A DNA stretch of 64,000 bases from Octopus vulgaris. Its lineage: Eukaryota. Every line of letters begins with the position of its first letter. Positions within the stretch are counted from its first letter, which is position 1. Under the pieces are notes generated by a model. It was not told the DNA's origin. It ran no database searches and was given only the letters and a program-made list of their open reading frames with translations. Shown here in pieces: positions 55,702 to 64,000 of this stretch. Location: NCBI GenBank assembly GCA_951406725.2, contig OX597828.1, forward strand, positions 45,942,001 through 46,006,000, in the 5' to 3' direction. Position numbers and translations under genes: made by a program.

Positions 55702-56174
55702 GCATATATATAATTACAAACACGCATGTATACATATATATATATATATATACATACATACATATATGTATATAAATACACACACTCCAGACGAATACTT
55801 ACTCATACATACATATAGACGACCCTATCCCACATGAGTATGCGCATACACATACGTTCATGCATGCCTACATACATACATGCGTACATATGCGCATACA
55901 TAACAGTTTGACATGCTTCTGTTCTTCTGTTAATTCAATGGGAGACGAACGAGTGATGTTGTTAGTGGCGAAGATGGTGGGGAGTTTAGTCTAGGCGATA
56001 AATATGTGAGTGTGATAGTATGGCGAGATAGATTGGCAGTCGAGATGGTGATGGCGTTGGCAGCGAGGATAATACAAGCTGATAACGTTTCCGACCCGCT
56101 TCCCCTAAGAATAGGATTTCAGGGACTTTGTGCTCTGTGAGGTCTACAATCTTCTTATCACGATGTTGCGTCAG

Positions 56175-56412
56175 AAAGGAAGAAGTTGAAGAAGAAGATG
56201 AAGAAGGAGGAGGGAATGAAGAAGAAGGAGGAGAAGAAGAAGAAGAAGAAGAAGAAGGAGAAGAAGAAGAAGAGGAAGAAGAAGAAGGAGAAGAAGAAGA
56301 AGAAGTAGAAGAAGAAGAAGAAGAAGAAGAAGAAGAAGAAGAAGAAGAAGAAGAAGAAGGAGAAGAAGAAGAAGAAGGTGGTGGTGGAGGAAGAGGAGAA
56401 GGAGGAAGAGAA
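56175..56412 (+). repeat. Imperfect (GAA/GGA)n tract
   Basis: Read directly from the sequence. Confidence 0.95.
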
Positions 56413-56658
56413 AAGGGTCTTTTGTTTGTGTTAAGTTCTCCACTCATCTTGTGATACAAGAAACCGATTATGTATATGAGTGTATACGCATATATACAAA
56501 CATATACGTATGTATGTATATATGAGTTCATGTACATACATACATATATATATATATATATACACATGCACATATATTTATATAAATATACGTTCACATA
56601 TATGTGTGTGTGTGTGTTTGTGCATATACATATATACATACATATATGTATATGCATG

Positions 56659-56701
<43 letters not shown>

Positions 56702-56890
56702 CGCACACACACACATACGCATACACACGCACACATATTCTTTTTTGTTTTTGAGTTTTTGTATTTTAGATATATAGAAATACACACGCATATATTCATC
56801 AGGAGACATTCTCCACATAGATACACATTCACGCGCACACCTATCTATATGTCTATCTCTCTATCTATATTTATCTATCTCTATGTATTT

Positions 56891-56959
<69 letters not shown>

Positions 56960-56980
56960 AATCTATCTCTATCTGTCTCA

Positions 56981-57052
<72 letters not shown>

Positions 57053-57062
57053 GAATCTTTAT

Positions 57063-57259
<197 letters not shown>

Positions 57260-57344
57260 GTCTATCTATCTATCTGTCTACCAATTTTTGTTTCTGTGTG
57301 TGTACGCGCGCGCCTGTATGTGTGTGTATATATAGATATGTGTG

Positions 57345-57377
<33 letters not shown>

Positions 57378-57815
57378 CTGTGTCTGTGTGTATGTGTATG
57401 TGTGTGTGTGTGTGTGTTTGTCGGTGTGTGTCGGTGTGTAGCTGCGTTTCTTTTATTTGTTTATTTATCATCTGGGCAACATTGAACTCGATTTAAAAGT
57501 ACAATACTCTAGAGTCCTTCTCTGATACAACACCGTTCCACTGTGCCTCCGTTATCAGTGTCCGCACGCACATACACAGCCATAAGCGCACACACACTCA
57601 CGCACATACATAGAGACATAGATACACACACGCGCATGCGCATGCGCACACAAATGCGCATGCGCGCATTCAAACTGAAAACCAGTAACTTCTACATTCG
57701 TACAGACGCACATGTACACATGGATATACGTTTATGTATGAGTGTTTGTGTGCGTGTGTGTGTGTGTGCGTTTTTACGTGTCTGTGTGTACATGCATGCC
57801 TATATATCTCTGCAT

Positions 57816-58016
57816 ACTTGTTTCAGTCATTTGACTGCGGCCATGCTGGAGCACCGACCCCGGGACTTATTCTGGAGCAAATCGACCCCGGGACTTATTC
57901 TTTGTAAGCCCAGTACTTATTCTATCGGTCTCTTGCCGAACCGCTAAGTGACGGGGACTTAAACACACCAGCATCGGTTGTCAAGCAATGCTAGGGGGAC
58001 AAACAAACACACACAA

Positions 58017-58049
<33 letters not shown>

Positions 58050-58224
58050 CATATACATGTATACGACAGGCTTCTTTCAGTTTCCGTCTACCAAATCCAC
58101 TCACAAGGCATTGGTCGGCCCGGGGCTATAGCAGAAGACACTTGCCCAAGATGCCACGCAGTGGGACTGAACCCGGAACCATGTGGTTGGTTAGCAAGCT
58201 ACTTATCACACAGCCACACCTGCG
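57816..58224 (-). mobile_element. SINE family B with a small internal duplication
   Basis: CGACCCCGGGACTTATTC occurs twice. Confidence 0.88.
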
Positions 58225-58330
58225 TATATATATATATATATATATATATATCATGCAAATGTACATATATCATAGAAATGTACACAAACACTCACACACA
58301 CATGCACACACACACATATACACACATATA

Positions 58331-58700
58331 GTGGAGGCGCAATTGCCTAGTTGTTAAGGCAGGGACTCGCTGTTTCGGTTCCTAGGCCGGGTATTGTTAG
58401 TGTTTATTGAATGTAAACACCTAAAGCTCCACGAGGCTCCGGCAGGGGGTCGTGGTGAACCCTGCTGTACTATTTCACCACAACTTCCTCTCGCTCTTTC
58501 TTCCTGTTTCTGTTGTACCTGTATTTCAAAGGGCCAGAGCCTTGTGACACTCTGTGTCACGCTGAATCTCGTCGAGAACTACGTTAAGGGTACACGTGTC
58601 TGTGGAGTGCTCACCCACTTGCACGTTAGTTTCACTAGCAGGCTGTTCCGTTGATTCGGATCATCTGGAACCCTCGTCATCGTAACCGACGGAGTACCAC
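58331..58700 (+). mobile_element. SINE family C
   Basis: Aligns to 53254-53640. Confidence 0.9.
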
Positions 58701-59027
58701 GACGATATGTGTGTGTGTGTGTGTGTGTGTGTGCCTATTTGTGGGTATGTATGCATGACACCCAGATCAAAGACACAGAATGTACTGAGCAGCACGGCTG
58801 AATATATTATCAATTTATGTCGACTTGATCTGTCGGCTGTTTACTCGGAGTTTCCCTTGGCGACCGTTTCATCAAACGCTTGCCTGGCAACTGTTTAATG
58901 AGCCAATCAATATTAAAGCTATGTTCAGATTTGTAAGTAATTTGACTTCCAAGTATTATAAATATCCCTCTTGAATAGAAGTTTGAAAGGTACTTACGTC
59001 CTCGTGATAAGTCAACTAGCTAGTTGA

Positions 59028-59285
59028 AGGCGCATTGCTCAGTGGTTAGTGCGCCAGGTTCGCAATCATAAGGTAGTGAGTTCGATTCTCGGTCATATTC
59101 ATGTTGCTGTAGTTCACCCAACTGTAGAAATGAGTTGCGATGCCATTAGTGCCAAGCTGTGTCGGCATGGACAACCTGCGACTGCTTGTCTTCCGTAAAC
59201 AACCTTGTGCGGACTCGTACTTGTGGGGGGGAACATTCTAAGTGCAATCCCACAGGATATTCATGACCGAAGTTGGGTCTTTACC
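59028..59285 (+). mobile_element. Diverged SINE family D
   Basis: Aligns to 40815-41142. Confidence 0.75.
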
Positions 59286-59509
59286 TTTCAGGGAGTTTAT
59301 GTTTTTTTTGAAAACTGAACACGAATGCTTTAGTAATTGTAGTTTTTAATACGGGCTGAGTAGTGCACAAAATATTTATTACTATGCCGGGTACAGACAG
59401 ATGGAAGTGGTTAGCTTGGCAGAGCAATCAAACCAGAGAAAGGAAAATCTTGGTTCCAAATCCACGCTGCCTGCGGCGATGCCCAGTCGTCTGTATGGCT
59501 TCGAGTGTA

Positions 59510-59655
59510 CGAGGGGGTGAAGAGAAGTTCCTGGCTTTGGGCAAAAGAAAATACTGGAAAATCAGGTAATTATGATTTTATTCAACATATTCCTATCTGA
59601 GATTCACACACTTATTGCAGCCGTCCTTCAGTTTTTCTAAGCCCTGTAAAAGAAA
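59510..59655 (-). mobile_element. Right end of a second mariner family
   Basis: TA + TIR-like CGAGGGGGTGAAGAGAAGTTCCTGGCTT; minus strand translates QGLEKLKDGCNKCVNLR*EYVE*. Confidence 0.75.
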
Positions 59656-59804
59656 AAAAAAAGGTTTTAGATAAATTGGAGCCCCTGAGGCAGTTCAACG
59701 TTTTCTACGAACTTGTTGTGCCAACTCCTGTATTGACGCAGACTCCAAATTTTAACAACCGTGCACTTCCTTTGAATCCACCGGCAACCTAGAGAGCGAG
59801 TCTG

Positions 59805-60118
59805 ACTCTCCGTCGAGTTCTACGACGCATGGTCCAGTTGAGCCGATCAAAGGAATATCCTCTTTGTGAAATAACTATTCAAGTGATTGAGCACTACTCA
59901 GAAACGCATACCCTTAACGTAGATTCTCTGGGAGAGTCAGAGTTCCACGGACTGTGCTAAGTCTGGCCTTTTGAATTACAGGCTCAAATATTTTTTAGCG
60001 GGTGAGTGGACTAGAGTAACGCGAAATAAGGTATCTTGCTGAAGGACAAAACGCGTGGCCAGTAATCGAGCTCACAACGATACGATCGTGGGTCAAATAC
60101 TCTAGGCAGTAAGCCACT
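59805..60118 (-). mobile_element. Old SINE with a D-like head and a C-like tail
   Basis: 59805-59985 resembles the C tail; 59995-60118 resembles the D head. Confidence 0.6.
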
Positions 60119-62238
60119 GTTTGGTTAACAACTTGTACTCCATTATACTGCTCATTCTTGGATTGTATCATACGCACTAAACTGCAGAGATATCAATGGA
60201 CAATCCACAGTAAATAACTCTATAACTCAAATACTACGAGAACAGTCTAGAAATGTGAATTACGTGACAGAAGCTGTCATTCAGCCATCGGGTTGTAGTC
60301 ACAAACTACCGCTCTTCCCGTAGAGAGGAAAAGTAAGACATTCATCTCCGGTCCTTAGTGACGGTCGGAAGCCAGAGATGCAGTGTTGAATTTAAATGAT
60401 TCTTTTATTTCCCAAAACTTTTCGGGCCTTGTGCCTAGAGTATAAAAGAATAGTTGATATAATTAGCAGCATTTTGTCGGTCTTTATGTTTTGGGTTCAA
60501 ATTCCGCCGTGGTAGACTTTGACTTTCATCCTTTCGGGATCGACACGACTGACTTATCCCTTTCTGCGAAATTGCAACCATTGTGAAAAAACTTGAAAGT
60601 AGCATTTACCAGGATGCTTTTAAGGATTTACAGTAAAATGTTTGCGGTTGAGTCTCCATCAGATTGAAAAATTTCAGCAAAAACTTTACCAAGTTTCAGT
60701 GTCTTTCGTGTCTTGTGACGGATTGTTTTAGACTGTAAGCTGCTTTGATCTGTTCAACAGGTTCTATTCTCCTAGCACTTTTCAAAGAACTGAAGAAGAG
60801 AACAGTATCGGAGTCTGTATATGGATGTTGCTTAAGCTCTAATATGACTTATTGTTGTTAAAAACGCCATTGCTATCCTTCGAATTCTCATTAAAGACTA
60901 ACCTGCAAATGCATAGTAGTGAGCGTCGGAATTAATCTTGTCAAGTCTGAGTGCATGACTACTGTTAAGATACAGACAAACCTAAGTATGACAGTTTATG
61001 GCGCAGCTATAAATCATGTATAACAATTTATGGTACAACTATAAATCCGGTATTTGTTTGTCGGGTACCATTAATAACGTTCAAAATCAACAAAATTCTT
61101 TTGATAAGGACAGCTTGTATTCTAAAATACAACACATTTAAAAATCAAATCGAATAGCTATAAAATTCAGAGTTAAGATATGTAATATTTAAACTGTCTT
61201 TGTGTTTACCTGTAGATTATATTCTGAAACTTGGCCTGAAAAAACATCGAAATTGACAATATTTCATGATCATGTCATGCAACTTTTATTAATACTTAAC
61301 TGACAGTTATAACACTAAAACTATAAGAAATGACACATCTACAGACAATTTCACCTTCTTAAAAACTTTTCAGTACATAGGGCGTTCGATTTGCGGCTTT
61401 TTAAACGTTTATTTGGAAAGCATGATTCCTGGAATAATAAATTTAGATCGTCCAAATGTTAGGTGAAAAAACGAAATCCTAATCGAGCCCGAAAGATTTT
61501 AGGACACATCATGCCTTCCGTTTGTGATGATTTTAATATCTGCCTTGAAAAAGAAACTCAAGGTAGATAGAGGAACCAAATCTTAAAATCAGCCCCTAAA
61601 ATGATTTTGGTCGCACCAAGTTTTTAGTTTGTGGTGTTTCTAAGATCTGTCCGGAGAGCATGATGCCCGGAAACAGAAATCGAGGGTATTCCAATGGTAT
61701 ATGAGAAGACTAAATTTGAAACAGACTCAATGTCAATCAAGATAGCGAGCAGAAAACACATTCGTATATTGTTATCAATGTATATCAGCGGAAATGAAAT
61801 AAAGCCGTCGTCCGAACAAAAACAATTTATGCAATTTATTTTTCTTCAAATTATGTCCATTAACACTAAGTTTGTGTTGCGTCCTGCCGATGTCCACGTT
61901 GTTTTCCATTATTTCAGGGTCAATAATATAAAGATTCAGTCAAGAATTTGTAAGGTTAATATCGACTACACAACGTTTCATAATACTTGGCCTTGCAACT
62001 AAATTAGAAAACATTTAGTTATCGAGGAAACTAAAGGACACAATGCTTGCTTGCAGTATTCCTTCCAGCACTTGACGCGTTGAGTTTAAATCACATCCAA
62101 CTCAACATTATCTATCATCTCTCCGGCCTCAATAAGATAAGCTGAGTCAAGCACAGGAACCGTTGACATCGACTAGCTCCACCCTCATCTCAAAACTTTT
62201 GTTTGCGTACCTAAATTAGAAAATATAACTAATATATT

Positions 62239-62566
62239 ACGGAGATGTAGTTGCATAGCCAGTGACTTGATCTGAGATCGTGTGCTGGAACGAAAACAAT
62301 TGCAGCGTGGAAGGTGTTTATAAACCATTTAAGAAACATACAAAATCGTTAGATTCACTTCAACATTTAAATTTAATTTGTCAAAATATTTTCGTCGCTT
62401 TCAGACCTGTTCACTGACAAAACTTCGTGCAGCACGAAGCTTTCTCAGTGAACAGGTTGCGGTCTCAAAGCGACGAAAATAGTTTGACAAATTAAATTTA
62501 AATGTTGAAGTGAATCTAACGGTTTTGTGTGTTTCTTAAATGGCTTATAAACACCTTCCACGCTGC
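62239..62566. mobile_element. Fold-back insertion: ~130-bp inverted arms centred at 62431 plus ~60-bp unpaired tail, 12-bp TSD
   Basis: Arms at 62300-62430 / 62432-62568; AACTAATATATT at 62227-62238 and 62567-62578. Confidence 0.85.
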
Positions 62567-63374
62567 AACTAATATATTCTTGTTTTGAAATGTTGGTGTC
62601 CAATTGTCATTACAAGTCTTATTTCCAGATGTTATATTTAATCCTTTACTTCCAACATTATTTTACTCTTCCCGTCTGGAGTATCCACTTGCTGACAGGA
62701 TTCAAATCTTGATTTAGCAACTAGGATACATTTTCTTCAACTCACATTCAGCTGCTCTACATATGTTCTTCAGTTGTCTAAAAGGCTTTTGTTTTCCTTC
62801 TGGTATCCATCTTAATGCCATCTTTGGTATCTTTGGTACTTTGTCCGTGACCATTCTGAATGGTACCAAACTTAAAATAGAATAAGTACTGAGGTGGATT
62901 TGTTCGACTAAACCGTTCATACCAGTGCTCCAGCATAGACATAGTCCAATGACTGAAACAATTAAAAGAATAAAATAAATATTCTTGAACTCTAAAAAAT
63001 ACCCAATTACATTCTAAGCTCAAATTCTACTAAAATCAACTTCCGCTTTCATCCTTAACATCCTTAAATCTTAATCTATTGATTTATGCTTAAACCGAAC
63101 AAACCAGTGAAGATGCGTTCACGCGATTGCTCATCAGTTTGGAAATAACAGCCACGCTGTGTAGAGACCTACTCTACCATTTCAAAACAAGAACAATACA
63201 ACAGCTAATTTACAAGTTCTTCATAAAAGATAAGACGTAAGATTGGGGAACCCGTTTCAGCGAAAATCACTTCATCACTGTGGACTCGTGTCTAACTTCA
63301 ACAACAATAGCAACAATAAGAACAACATGATATTTTGATAGAGTGAACCACTCGTACAGAGACGCCTATACTAA

Positions 63375-63764
63375 ATTGTTGGAAGCACTCCGTCGGTTAC
63401 GACGATGAGGGTTCCGATTGATCCGAATCAACGGAACAGCCTGCTCGTAAAATTAACGTGTAAGTGGCTGAGCACTCCACAGGCACGTGTGCCCTTAACG
63501 TAGTTCTCAGGGATATTCAGCGTGACACAGAGAGTGACAAGGCCGGCCCCTTGAAATACAGGTACAACAGAAACAGGAAGTAAGAGTGAGAGAAAGTTGT
63601 GGTGAGAGAGTACAGCAGGGATCACCACCACCCCCTGCAGGAGCCTTGTGAAACTTTAGATGTTTTTGCTCAATAAACACTCACAATGCCCGGTCTGGGC
63701 ATCGAAACCGCGATCCTACGACCGCGAGTCCGCTGCCCTGACCACTGGGCCATTGCGCCTCCAC
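63375..63764 (-). mobile_element. SINE family C, full length, with a 69-bp flanking direct repeat
   Basis: 63306-63374 equals 63765-63833 apart from one mismatch. Confidence 0.93.
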
Positions 63765-64000
63765 AATAGCAACAATAAGAACAACATGATATTTTGATAG
63801 AGTGAACCACTCGTACAGAAACGCCTATACTAACTAAACATGTCGTGATTAACCTTCAAGAGTCCCTTTTGATCGCTCAGCCTGCTAGAAACAGTAGCCT
63901 ATTTTCCTATAAATTAAACTCCCCTTCAGTAAAATAGAAAGGAGAACATATTTAATTTTTAGTCCTAGATACCTTGATGTTGAATTAAGTTGGAATGGTC

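Overview
This is a eukaryotic, AT-rich, microsatellite-dense 64 kb window with no convincing host exon. Nearly all listed ORFs are translations of (TA)n, (CA)n, (TATC)n, (AAT)n or (GAA)n. The repeat landscape looks like an Octopus (coleoid cephalopod) intergenic or intronic region; this is inferred from repeat style only. It contains four abundant tRNA-headed SINE families (labelled A-D here) with shuffled modules and a full-length decayed mariner (7015-8312). It also holds a Dong/R4 3' end and a second element (E) inserted in (AAT)n, L1/Tx1-like LINE fragments, a non-autonomous Helitron, Tc1/rosa remnants and a 70-bp minisatellite. The most interesting signal is a set of minimal hammerhead-ribozyme (HHR) motifs of the Penelope-like element (PLE) type. 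They lie in short unrelated elements that mostly end in (TA)n and often carry inverted duplications. One two-copy family (G) fuses a tRNA-like Pol III head, a trinucleotide spacer and a hammerhead-bearing tail, making it a candidate ribozyme-carrying SINE or retrozyme mobilised by Penelope-like machinery. All structures were read by eye and not computed.
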